Shown here one piece after another: positions 27,962-36,757 of a stretch of 64,000 bases of DNA. Every line of letters starts with the position of its first letter. The first letter of the stretch is position 1. Where the stretch lies: positions 238,115-302,114 of the forward strand of contig JAWAKW010000001.1 of NCBI GenBank assembly GCA_038887295.1. Direction: 5' to 3'. The notes under the pieces were generated by a model that was not told the DNA's origin, ran no database searches, and saw only the letters and a list, made by a program, of their open reading frames with translations. Origin of the DNA: Candidatus Anstonellaceae archaeon. GTDB taxonomy: Archaea; Micrarchaeota; Micrarchaeia; Anstonellales; Anstonellaceae. The position numbers were made by a program, and so were the translations under genes.

Positions 27962-30255
27962 GCAATCTGGACTATTTGAGTGGGCTGGCCCGTTCCTTTA
28001 TCTCTTTCCAGTTGCCAAACTGTACCATAGGTTGCCTGCCCAAGCGAAGAATCATGGGTTATGACGAAAGTTTGCGCCACAATTTGCGGAATCTTGGTCT
28101 GGATCGCCTCTGAAAGAAGCGAAACCGCATCGCTGTCAAGGTTATGTGTGGGCTCATCCAGCACCAGCCATCCCAAGTCAGGAGTAAGCACTGCTGCGAA
28201 TGCCACTCGCAGCGCAAGGCACAAACAAGCCCGCTCCCCTCCAGATGCAATTGTTTCAACTTCTCTCCAACCATCCTTGAACATCAACAAGCGGTAATCC
28301 TTTTCATCCGCCTCCAGCTTGATTTGCTCGTAGTCTGAATAGGGATAGAGCGAAGGCCAAATTTCTGCAAGCGCCAAATTTATTTCGTCAACGAGGCTGT
28401 TTCTCAATTCCACCTGCGCTGCAGCAAGGCAGTTTTTGTATATTCGTAGGTTTTCTGCTGCATGGATATACTTTTGTGCCTTCTCCTTCCTTTGCCTTAT
28501 TTGGGAAACTTCGCCTTCAAGCGCAGCAACTAGCTTTTCCAGCATGGCAAGCTGCTCCTGCTTGCCATTCAGTTTCTGCCTTGCATCCGCCCACTCCAAT
28601 CCTGCTTGGCTGAGCCTTTTTTGGGCATCTGCATATGCTTCCTCACTGAACCTGATTTCCCTAAGCTCTGCCTTTAGCTTCTCCAGCTTTCCTTTTGCTT
28701 TGCGCGCCTCCTCAAACTTTTCTGCAAGAAGCCGCATCTGCTGGCTTTCCCTTTCAATTTCGGATTTTCTCTGCTGGCATGCAAGAAGCTCTTGCTGAGC
28801 AGCCTCAAGATTTTTTTGGCATTCTGCCTTTTGCTCCTTCATCTGCGCAATCTCGGCCGCAAGGTTTACCGCAGGCTGCTGTTTTGAAAGCGCCTCAATT
28901 TCCGCAAAAACCAAGCGGGCCTCAGATACAGCCGATTCCAGCCCTCCAAGTTCTGCTCTTTTTGCCTCTATAGCTTTGCGAAGCTGCAAGGTTGCACCTG
29001 CCTGGATTTCCTTTTCTTTTCTTTTTTGCTCAAAAAGTGCCTTGGCGTTCTCCTTGCCAAGGTGTGTCCCGCAAATCGGGCATTGTGCATCAGCAGCCGA
29101 AAGCGCACAAAGCACTGCCTCAAGCTCCTTTTCTTTGGCCTCTGATTGAGCAAGCTCTGTCTCCAGCTTTTGCAGCTGCTCTTTTGCAGCTTCAATTTCC
29201 CCTTCCATTTGCTGCAACTTTTTCCCTTTGGTTATGCCGAATGCCTTTTGCTGCAATCTTTCCACCTCTGCCTTTATTGCAGCAGCAGCTCGAAGCTGGC
29301 TCTCAAGCACCGCAATCCTGGAAGAAATTTCCGAAAAAGAGCGCTGGCAGCTTTCAAGCTCGCCTTTTTTTTGCTTAAGCTCCCTTTCTGCCTCTGCTAT
29401 CTTTTTGGCAAGCAACTCTTCAGATTCTTTGCTTGGGACCTTCTGCCCTTCCAGCTCCTTTTCCAGCCTTTCGGAAATTGCCTGAATTTTTTCTGCCTCA
29501 GCAAAAAGCGCCGCCCACTTTTTCCTTGCCTGCTCCAAAATGCCAAATTCCTTTTCTGCCTCCTGCTTTTTTGCAGCAGCCTTCTGCAGCTCCAAGCCTA
29601 ACATTTCAATTTCTTGCGCGCATTCTGCCAGTGCTTGCTTTTGCTGCTGAAGCTGCTTGCTGACTTCCTCCAACCTGGCATCATCTTGCGGCAAGGAAAG
29701 GGCCTTCGCCTGCTGCTCCAGCTTAAAGCAAACATTTTGCGCATTTTGCATTGCAGCATCAAACTGCCCTAGGCCCAAAAGCCAATCTATCTCTTCTTTC
29801 CTTTCTTTGGGGTTCAGCGAAAGCAGGAAATCCATCCGGTTTTGCTCGGAATAGATTGCACGGGTGAAAAGCTCGTAATCCACCCCCAAAACATCTTCAA
29901 TATATGCGGTAACCTGCTTTGCCCCCTTTTGCATCAGCTTCCCTTCGCAGCGCACCTCTGCCTCGGAAATGCCTTTTCCGACCCTGCGCAATACAGAATA
30001 TTTTTTCCCGCCCTTTTCAAATTCCAGCTGGATTGTTGCAAACAAAGCCCCACTTCCAAACCTCACCAAGTCCTCAGTGCTCGTATCTCGCCTCGAAAGT
30101 CGAGGAAAAGTCCCATAAAGGGCAAAGCAGATGGCATCCAGCACTGAGGATTTTCCAGACCCCATCCTACCAATCAGGATATTGGTGCCCTTTTTGAAAT
30201 TCATCTGAGTGCGCATGTGGGATTTGAAGTTTTCAAGCACCAGTTTGGTTATCAT
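27958..30255 (-). CDS. rad50: Rad50-like SMC-family ATPase with a zinc hook
   Basis: Walker A GRMGSGKSS. Long coiled coils. CPICGTH zinc hook. Signature/Walker B region LVLDEPTHNLD. D-loop and H-loop at the C-terminus. Confidence 0.8.
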   Translation of the reverse strand: MITKLVLENFKSHMRTQMNFKKGTNILIGRMGSGKSSVLDAICFALYGTFPRLSRRDTSTEDLVRFGSGALFATIQLEFEKGGKKYSVLRRVGKGISEAEVRCEGKLMQKGAKQVTAYIEDVLGVDYELFTRAIYSEQNRMDFLLSLNPKERKEEIDWLLGLGQFDAAMQNAQNVCFKLEQQAKALSLPQDDARLEEVSKQLQQQKQALAECAQEIEMLGLELQKAAAKKQEAEKEFGILEQARKKWAALFAEAEKIQAISERLEKELEGQKVPSKESEELLAKKIAEAERELKQKKGELESCQRSFSEISSRIAVLESQLRAAAAIKAEVERLQQKAFGITKGKKLQQMEGEIEAAKEQLQKLETELAQSEAKEKELEAVLCALSAADAQCPICGTHLGKENAKALFEQKRKEKEIQAGATLQLRKAIEAKRAELGGLESAVSEARLVFAEIEALSKQQPAVNLAAEIAQMKEQKAECQKNLEAAQQELLACQQRKSEIERESQQMRLLAEKFEEARKAKGKLEKLKAELREIRFSEEAYADAQKRLSQAGLEWADARQKLNGKQEQLAMLEKLVAALEGEVSQIRQRKEKAQKYIHAAENLRIYKNCLAAAQVELRNSLVDEINLALAEIWPSLYPYSDYEQIKLEADEKDYRLLMFKDGWREVETIASGGERACLCLALRVAFAAVLTPDLGWLVLDEPTHNLDSDAVSLLSEAIQTKIPQIVAQTFVITHDSSLGQATYGTVWQLERDKGTGQPTQIVQIA

Positions 30256-30270
30256 CTGAAAACCTTCCTT

Positions 30271-30525
30271 TCAAAATATCGTTTCAACAGAATCGGTTCT
30301 TGCCTTGTAAACCTCTATCACTTTCCTATAGCGCAGAAAAAACCTATCAGCAGCCGCCTCATCTTCGTCTTGCACCATTATGACAGATTTGGTCTTCCAC
30401 GGGCAAGATGAGAGTCTGCTTTTTTTCAAATCGTAATAAAAGCGCCTTTTGATGCGGTTGTACTCATTTATACCGGTTTTGAGGTCATAAAAATAAAGTA
30501 TCATGTAGCTATAGGCACAAAACAT
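30271..30525 (-). CDS. Hypothetical basic 84-aa protein upstream of rad50 (weak Cas2/VapD-like pattern)
   Basis: ...YFYDL...RIKRRF...KTKSVIMVQ...DSVETIF loosely resembles Cas2 (..YDV..RR.RV...VQNSVFEC...DSVRIY). No CRISPR array is nearby. Confidence 0.3.
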   Translation of the reverse strand: MFCAYSYMILYFYDLKTGINEYNRIKRRFYYDLKKSRLSSCPWKTKSVIMVQDEDEAAADRFFLRYRKVIEVYKARTDSVETIF

Positions 30526-30541
30526 CCTAAAATCCTTGCCC

Positions 30542-30793
30542 TCACAGCCGGTCTACCGAGGTTATTTCCACGCTTGAGACATTCGGCAGGCTGGCAGCTT
30601 TCTGCTCAAGCAAATCTGTCCCACCGGATTTATCCTCAACTATAAAAACCGCTTTGAGTGCGACTATCCCAAAAGCAAGAGGCTCTTCTTCCAGTTTGTA
30701 AGGCTTCAAGTTTTTCGAAATCTCTTCTTTGAGAGCCTGAAAGCCCTCCATCTCCTGAGGGACAATCCGAAGCGTTACTGCAACCTGACCCAT
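30542..30793 (-). CDS. Elongation factor 1-beta (aEF-1beta)
   Basis: MGQVAVTLRIVPQE...EEEPLAFGIVALKAVFIVEDKSGGTD...VSSVEITSVDRL matches the archaeal EF-1beta guanine-nucleotide-exchange domain. Confidence 0.8.
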   Translation of the reverse strand: MGQVAVTLRIVPQEMEGFQALKEEISKNLKPYKLEEEPLAFGIVALKAVFIVEDKSGGTDLLEQKAASLPNVSSVEITSVDRL

Positions 30794-30802
30794 AGCATCA
30801 CT

Positions 30803-30955
30803 TCAAGGCCCATTCCTGCCGCATGAAGGGCAGACATATGGAAGACTTATCTCCCTGCAGTGTGGGCACCTTATAATCGGTTTGCCACATTCTGCACAGG
30901 GGAACTTTGCATAGTTTTTGGTTCTCTTTCCGCACGTTATGCAGCTTTCCAGCAT
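30803..30955 (-). CDS. Zinc-ribbon protein (50 aa, four CxxC pairs), not in the supplied ORF track
   Basis: Manual translation of the minus strand gives MLESCITCGKRTKNYAKFPCAECGKPIIRCPHCREISLPYVCPSCGRNGP. Its stop lies 10 nt upstream of the EF-1beta start. Confidence 0.55.
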   Translation of the reverse strand: MLESCITCGKRTKNYAKFPCAECGKPIIRCPHCREISLPYVCPSCGRNGP

Positions 30956-31000
30956 CCAAACTCACCTGCAGGCAGATTAGAAGCCAATAAAGTTTTAAGC

Positions 31001-31300
31001 TTACTTCTTTGGGAAATATTCGACCAGACCTTCTGCCAAGTCAGATACTGCCAAAAGCGCAGCGATAAACATTACAAACGGCTGAACTCCTTTGAGGCTA
31101 ATAAAGAAGATATTCACATTCAAATAAAGAGCCAGCACCAGCCCAACCAGTATGTACGAACCTATTACAAGGTGGACAGTGCCTACAAAGCGAGAGGCAG
31201 CCTCATGGCCTTTCATAAAACCACCAAACTGCTGTCTGCTTTTTAGGTTTATATTCCTGCCTCTTTCTTGAGCTTTTGCGCCTTGTCCGTTCTTTCCCAA
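31001..31300 (-). CDS. Small two-TM membrane protein (hypothetical)
   Basis: ORF with two hydrophobic helices. Overlaps the end of metK by about 50 nt, so the true start may be an internal Met. Confidence 0.3.
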   Translation of the reverse strand: MGKNGQGAKAQERGRNINLKSRQQFGGFMKGHEAASRFVGTVHLVIGSYILVGLVLALYLNVNIFFISLKGVQPFVMFIAALLAVSDLAEGLVEYFPKK

Positions 31301-32445
31301 GTGAATTCTTCCTCTTCCCTTCCAAAATGCCCATAAGCCGCAGTCTTTTTGTAAATCGGCCGCCTCAGCTTCAAGTCAGCTATTATATGGCCCACTTTGA
31401 GCCTGAAGTTTTCCTTGATGAGCTGAACAATTTTGTCATTTGGTATTTTGCCAGTCCCGAATGTTTCTACAAAAATTGATATTGGGTCGGGCACGCCAAT
31501 TACGTATGCAAGCTGGACTTCGCAGCGTTTTGCAATTCCTGCTGCAACCAGGTTTTTTGCAATGTACCTTGCCATATAGCATGCTGAGCGGTCTACCTTG
31601 GTTGGGTCCTTGCCGGAAAAGCAGCCGCCGCCATGGGAAGCCATGCCGCCGTACGTGTCCACAATTATCTTCCTTCCAGTAAGGCCAGTATCTGCCGCAG
31701 GTCCACCAAGCACAAACCTACCTGTGCCGTTCACAATTATTTTAGTGTCCTGCCGGAAGTATTCCCCTAGCACTGGTTCTACCACATGCTTTTGCAAATC
31801 CCTCTTTATCATCTGGCTGTCCACTGTTTTTCCCTGGTATGTTTCGTCGTGCTGCGCAGCAATGACTACCGTAGTTGCTCTGACAGGACGGTTGTCCTGG
31901 TCGTATTCCACGGTTACTTGGGTTTTTCCATCCGGCCTCAAATACGGCACAATTCCTTCCTTTCTTACTTTGGCAAGCTGAAATGAAAGCTGGTTTGCAA
32001 GGGTGATGGGAAGCGGCATAAGCTGTGGCGTTTCATCCACCGCATAGCCAAACATTATGCCCTGGTCGCCTGCCCCAAGCTGCTCCAAATTCTCCTCCTT
32101 TACTCCCCGAGCTATGTCTGGCGACTGGGTATGTATTGAAGACAGCACCCCTACACTTTTGCTGTCAAAATGGTACTCTGGTTTTGTGTAGCCTATCTGC
32201 TCCAGCACATTCCTTACTGTCCCGTCAATGTCGCAGTAGCCTTCAGTAGTTATCTCACCTGCAACCACCACAAGGCCTGTAGTTGCAAGTGCTTCCACTG
32301 CCACATGCGAACGAGGATCCTGCGCAATCAGGTCATCCAAGATAGCATCTGCTATCTGGTCGCAAACCTTGTCTGGATGGCCTTCAGTGACTGATTCAGA
32401 TGTGAATAAATAGTTTTTTTTGTCCATGAGCTCACCTGCTGTCAA
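31249..32445 (-). CDS. metK: S-adenosylmethionine synthetase, archaeal type
   Basis: Archaeal MAT family: [17 protein letters not shown]..., about 400 aa. Confidence 0.9.
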   Translation of the reverse strand: MTAGELMDKKNYLFTSESVTEGHPDKVCDQIADAILDDLIAQDPRSHVAVEALATTGLVVVAGEITTEGYCDIDGTVRNVLEQIGYTKPEYHFDSKSVGVLSSIHTQSPDIARGVKEENLEQLGAGDQGIMFGYAVDETPQLMPLPITLANQLSFQLAKVRKEGIVPYLRPDGKTQVTVEYDQDNRPVRATTVVIAAQHDETYQGKTVDSQMIKRDLQKHVVEPVLGEYFRQDTKIIVNGTGRFVLGGPAADTGLTGRKIIVDTYGGMASHGGGCFSGKDPTKVDRSACYMARYIAKNLVAAGIAKRCEVQLAYVIGVPDPISIFVETFGTGKIPNDKIVQLIKENFRLKVGHIIADLKLRRPIYKKTAAYGHFGREEEEFTWERTDKAQKLKKEAGI

Positions 32446-32480
32446 TTTTTCTTTCTATATTATATTCTCTTTTGCGCCAT

Positions 32481-32498
32481 TTATTCATATATGAATAA
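32481..32498. promoter_or_regulatory. Second copy of the 18-bp palindrome TTATTCATATATGAATAA, between metK and the PHP-like gene
   Basis: Identical 18-mer to 16240-16257. Lies 36 bp upstream of the metK start and 56 bp upstream of the start of 32554. Confidence 0.5.
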
Positions 32499-32553
32499 AA
32501 ATTAAGCCTCCAGCCAAGGCATAGTTTTTTAAAGTGGTTATAACTGAAATATA

Positions 32554-34221
32554 ATGGTTTTTATGGTGTATGTGCTGACCCCTTCAAAGAGAAATATCTC
32601 CGCAGCGCACAGCAGACTGGCGGAGGCCCTTGCCTCAAATGGTTTTTTTGCCTCAAAAGGCGTGCTTGCTGACAGGTATTATAAAAAAGACGATCCTTCT
32701 TCACAGACTTTCTTTGTCTATGGGCGATCATTTGAGCCTGATGGAAGCATAAACTCAAAATCTGCATTCAACATCTGCGTGCTTGACACAGGCAGAAGGC
32801 TGAGGGTTTGGTTTTCAAGCACAGAATTCTCACCTCAGGCAACTCAATTCGGATACCACCAATACATTCATTTTTTCTCCTTTTCAGCAGGCAACCTCTC
32901 CAAGTTCATTGCGCAAGTTGTAGATGAAGCAATAAAGGCTTCATGGTGCAAGCCAGAATCTTCCTACAGGATTTTCATCCATAACCATCTTGCAGAGCTT
33001 GGAGGGGTGAACCTGAACAACGCACTTCAAATGTATGATGACGGCCGCTCTTCTTCCGCAGCGCTGCTTTACAATTTGGTGCTTTCGCATGCTGATTTTG
33101 TGGCAATTACACATCACAATCACTTCCTGCTTGCGCCATGGAAGCGCTTTGAAGCGCAAGCAGCAAAATACGGGGTAAGCCTGATTGCAGGCTTTGAAGC
33201 AACCTTGCCTATTTTCCAATTTGAGCCATGGCTTGCAGGCACCCCTGAAGGCAAGGTGCACAATCCAAACGGTCCGCATATCGTGCTTCTTTTTGATAGC
33301 CCTGCTCTTGCTTCTGAATTTTGGGGCAGATACTTTTCTGGCAGGCCACAATACAAATATGCCCCAACTGCATCAGCAGGGGTTGAGCTTTTTGCAATCT
33401 ACGACGAAATAGACAAAAAATACAGTGGCAGAATTGCAAAGCTTATTGCCCACCCTGTTTGTGATGTTTCCTTACCTGATGTAGGGCTAGTAAATCGCGT
33501 AGCAAAAGGAGAAATTTCAGTCTCAGAAATGCTTCAGCTTATCAATCGCTCATCAGGAATTGCAGTATTCAACCTTTCTTTGAACGATAAACCCATCGAT
33601 TTCGGCCTGTATGCTGATCAAGTAAAGGAATGCTCGTATTTTTCAAAGGAAGAAAAGCAGCGCAGACTAAAAAATATCGCTGAAGCAGAAGAATACTTCA
33701 ACAGCATTGTCAAAGCAGCAGGGCTTGAAGGCCTCACACCAAACAATGTCAACTTTGCCTTATCTTTGCAGTTCAGCAAGACACTAATTCCCTTTGTTGA
33801 TACTGATGCACACAATTTTGACTGGGGGTATACTAATCTTGGCCCTTTCCATTGGATGATTCGCTCTATGGGACTTTTTGCAGCAGGCCACAATACGCTT
33901 TCATTTGATACTTTGCCTTCCGCCAAGCCCTCCCCGACAGAAGTAGTCCATTTCATCGAAAAGAAAGGTAAAGTGGAAGGATGCCGCTGGGCTTTCACTT
34001 TATTTTCCGAGATAAAAGATGGTCGCCTTCAAATAACTCTAAAAAGAAGGGAGTCTGCCTGGTCTCAAAAAATATTCAATCTGCTTGAAAAGGCATACTA
34101 TTATGTAAAGCAAGTGACCACACTGGGTTCTGATACTGCTCAGGCCATGGCAGATCAGGGCTCACTTCACGAGCCTTTAGTAATGCTACGCGGCTCAATA
34201 CCTGGCACCATACCAAAATAG
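32554..34221 (+). CDS. Large hypothetical protein with a PHP-like metal-dependent phosphoesterase signature in its N-terminal half
   Basis: FIHNHL...YDDG (motif I-like), VAITHHNH (motif II-like), GFEATLP (motif III-like), PHIVLLFD. The C-terminal roughly 250 aa could not be assigned. Confidence 0.4.
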   Translation: MVFMVYVLTPSKRNISAAHSRLAEALASNGFFASKGVLADRYYKKDDPSSQTFFVYGRSFEPDGSINSKSAFNICVLDTGRRLRVWFSSTEFSPQATQFGYHQYIHFFSFSAGNLSKFIAQVVDEAIKASWCKPESSYRIFIHNHLAELGGVNLNNALQMYDDGRSSSAALLYNLVLSHADFVAITHHNHFLLAPWKRFEAQAAKYGVSLIAGFEATLPIFQFEPWLAGTPEGKVHNPNGPHIVLLFDSPALASEFWGRYFSGRPQYKYAPTASAGVELFAIYDEIDKKYSGRIAKLIAHPVCDVSLPDVGLVNRVAKGEISVSEMLQLINRSSGIAVFNLSLNDKPIDFGLYADQVKECSYFSKEEKQRRLKNIAEAEEYFNSIVKAAGLEGLTPNNVNFALSLQFSKTLIPFVDTDAHNFDWGYTNLGPFHWMIRSMGLFAAGHNTLSFDTLPSAKPSPTEVVHFIEKKGKVEGCRWAFTLFSEIKDGRLQITLKRRESAWSQKIFNLLEKAYYYVKQVTTLGSDTAQAMADQGSLHEPLVMLRGSIPGTIPK

Positions 34222-34515
34222 CTAGCATATTACAATCGTCTCTACTCCTGGCTGCATTCTTCTTATAAAACAGTCTATCTTAGTTGCAATTCTGAGAGCT
34301 TCGACATCAGGATAGTCTTTCCTGAGCTCTTCCTTCAACTTATACGCCAAAGCAATTTTTTCATCTATTTTTCCATCCGGAAGACTTTGAAGAATTTTTA
34401 ATGCAGATTCTGCTATCTTCTTTTTGTAAGGCCGATACTTCTGCTTTGATGCACATTCAATCAGCCTTTCAGCAGCTTTGATCCCCATTAAATCCCCCCA
34501 CTTTTTTCCCACCAA
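34222..34515 (-). CDS. Hypothetical protein (97 aa)
   Basis: ORF in an AT-rich block. Confidence 0.3.
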   Translation of the reverse strand: MVGKKWGDLMGIKAAERLIECASKQKYRPYKKKIAESALKILQSLPDGKIDEKIALAYKLKEELRKDYPDVEALRIATKIDCFIRRMQPGVETIVIC

Positions 34516-34608
34516 ATATTTTATAAGCCTATCGCTCCTGCTGCATTTTCTTCTTTTATCAAGCCAAACTGCATAATTTTTAATTTTTGACCAGATAACT
34601 TGAAGTTT

Positions 34609-35402
34609 ATGTTTCGAAGTTTGTTTTCAATCATTTCACTTCTTTTTTGCTCTTCCTTTTTGGCTGCTATAGCCCGCAGCCCGCACCACCTTCATCAACT
34701 GAGAAGCCGTCACCTCAATTGACGCCTTCTCTTCGTGCTGAGATCTGCAATAAAATTTCTGACGCAGACACAAAAAATTTTTGCTTAGGAATGCTTACAA
34801 AAAATTTAGAATACTGCGACAAAATTACGACCAATGAAAACAAAAGACAAATGTGTTATTCTAATATTGCAATCGACATGCAGAATCCTTCCGTTTGCTA
34901 TAAAATAAATGAGCCGGGAGCATTTCAAAATTGTTTCGCTCTTGCATCTAGGAATGTCTCACAATGTCTCTTAGACCCTCCTTACGGATTCAATCCGATA
35001 AAAAACACCTGCATTTCAAATTTTGCAGCACTTGTAAATGACGATAGCATCTGTGTTTACTCTCAATACAAAGAAGTCTGCTTCCTCAGAGTTGCAATAT
35101 CAAATAACAATGCTGCATTATGTGAGTCTGCCGGCCCAGGGCGTGATTCTTGTTATTTTGAGATCGCATCTTCGACTTCGGATGCCTCCCTTTGCAAAAA
35201 TTTATCCCAAGATGTTTTCCAACAGGCATGTACTGCAATAATTTTTCAGAAGCTTTCCGATTGCCCTGCCGATTTGAAGCACATTTGCTTGATGAAAATT
35301 ATCCTAAAAACAGGAGATTATTCGCAGTGTGAAAGCATTCAGGATATAACTCGGGATGAGTGCTTGGTAGCCGTGGCATTAGCCGGAATCTTGAAAATAT
35401 AG
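34609..35402 (+). CDS. Cys-rich secreted/lipoprotein-like protein; signal peptide and mature domain are in different frames (frameshift in a T-run, or pseudogene)
   Basis: The ATG at 34609 encodes a signal-like MFRSLFSIISLLFCSSFLAA in frame +1, which then stops. The Cys-rich body (34647-35402, frame 0) starts only at a TTG just inside a T6 run (34643-34648) and begins ...LFLFGCYSPQPAPP. Confidence 0.4.
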
Positions 35403-35417
35403 TTGATGAGTGATTAG

Positions 35418-35735
35418 ATGGATTCAGAGACATTTATCGTTTCTATTAGGAAAAATTTAGCATACCTTGACACTCCTATATGGATTTCAGCTAAAGATGG
35501 AATAACAACTGCAGAATGGAATAATTACCGTCTTTTAGGTTCTTTCTTTATGTTTCTGTGCGGTGCAGTGGGTTATTCAGTGCTCGGATTAATACTGATT
35601 ATATCTCTCTCATCTTTGACATATCTCCTTACAACTCGGTGGCTTTTTGAGTTATTGCCTGCTCCTTGGTCTGAGTTAGATCTGCTTTTGCTGTTGACAC
35701 CTATTCTTTCAGTTTTTCCATTCACCAAAACATGA
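35418..35735 (+). CDS. Hypothetical multi-TM membrane protein (105 aa)
   Basis: ORF with hydrophobic helices; AT-rich. Confidence 0.35.
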   Translation: MDSETFIVSIRKNLAYLDTPIWISAKDGITTAEWNNYRLLGSFFMFLCGAVGYSVLGLILIISLSSLTYLLTTRWLFELLPAPWSELDLLLLLTPILSVFPFTKT

Positions 35736-35753
35736 CCAACAATTTTTTCTCAG

Positions 35754-36059
35754 TTGAAATCAAATCCACGCAAAATAATTAGCACCCAAGGGGCAATTAC
35801 CTATAATGAGCAAGGGAAAGAATATGTTCTGCACAAAGCAAAAACAAGAGTAACCTACCAAGCTTCTAATCTATTTGGAATCTTACCTTTCAAAGTCGTT
35901 ACATTCTATTTTGAATCCGACGGAATAAAACTTCCTTTCTACAAAGTTTTGTTGTCTTTAAGTTTTGTGAAAAATGAAAATTATAAAGATGAGAGGTGCG
36001 ACAACTTTGTTAATCAGATAGAACGCACTTTTGGGTTGACTGGCAGAAACACATCTTAA
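35754..36059 (+). CDS. Hypothetical protein (101 aa)
   Basis: ORF only; AT-rich. Confidence 0.3.
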   Translation: MKSNPRKIISTQGAITYNEQGKEYVLHKAKTRVTYQASNLFGILPFKVVTFYFESDGIKLPFYKVLLSLSFVKNENYKDERCDNFVNQIERTFGLTGRNTS

Positions 36060-36111
36060 ACCACAAACATTCTAAGGTCACATGTCCTTTCTCAACACAA
36101 CCTGCCAATTC

Positions 36112-36501
36112 CTAGATACGTTTCGAAGAAAGCAACTTTGCACCGCATTTTTGAAGTTCAGCCCTTATCTTCTCAACGGAATTTGATGAAGGGTTGCATT
36201 CCACAACCCACAAGGCGCGCTCCCCCCGCAATGAGGAGTGCGAATAAGTGGACACCAAATCTACCTTAAGCTTTGCAAGCGCAGAAGCTGCGGCTGCCAA
36301 TGCACCTGGCTTGTCAGGAAGTGCAATAGTCAGCCTCAAAAGCCTCTTCTCCTTTGCAGGCTCTATTATTATCCTCCTTTTGCCTTCCTCGAAGCTTACA
36401 ATTACTCTGTCATCTGCCATTATCCCTGCAGCTTCGCGCAGATGCTGTGGTATGAGCACCCTCCCTTTTGAATCTAATTTTGCAGTTTCCAACAATGCCA
36501 A
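36112..36501 (-). CDS. AbrB/SpoVT-type DNA-binding domain plus ACT domain protein
   Basis: N-terminal swapped-hairpin motif (DSKGRVLIPQHLRE). C-terminal ACT-like betaalphabetabetaalphabeta region (LTIALPDKPGALAAAASALA...). Confidence 0.6.
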   Translation of the reverse strand: MALLETAKLDSKGRVLIPQHLREAAGIMADDRVIVSFEEGKRRIIIEPAKEKRLLRLTIALPDKPGALAAAASALAKLKVDLVSTYSHSSLRGERALWVVECNPSSNSVEKIRAELQKCGAKLLSSKRI

Positions 36502-36592
36502 GCTCCCACCTGCAGAAATTCAGCATTTGGCAATATTAAGTGTTTGCCTTGCACCCTCAAGATTTTTGAATGCTTCCAACTATTAGCTTTTT

Positions 36593-36666
36593 GCCCTCGT
36601 GGTATAACTTGGATAGCATGCGAGCTTGCGGAGCTTGAGATCCGCGTTCAAATCGCGGCGAGGGCG
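36593..36666 (+). tRNA. Putative tRNA-Arg (anticodon GCG) with a non-canonical D-arm
   Basis: Acceptor GCCCUCG/CGAGGGC. Anticodon stem CGAGC/GCUUG with loop UU-GCG-GA. T-arm CCGCG-UUCAAAU-CGCGG. Discriminator G; 74 nt. The D-stem pairs poorly (GUAU...), so it may be a slightly aberrant or pseudo tRNA. Confidence 0.45.
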
Positions 36667-36757
36667 CCTTAATTTTAAAGGTGATGGCAATGAGGAAAGG
36701 GAAAAGGTCTGCCGTCAGGCGGCAATCCAGAAAGAGAGCAAAATCCAACTGAGTTTT

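Noticed and set aside
28059-30197. Many 60-150-aa plus-strand ORFs inside rad50
   Set aside because: Artefacts of the repetitive Ala/Glu/Lys/Leu coiled-coil coding sequence read in antisense; all low-complexity.
30860-31246. 128-aa plus-strand ORF
   Set aside because: It overlaps the manually found Zn-ribbon gene and the small membrane-protein gene on the other strand, and has no features.
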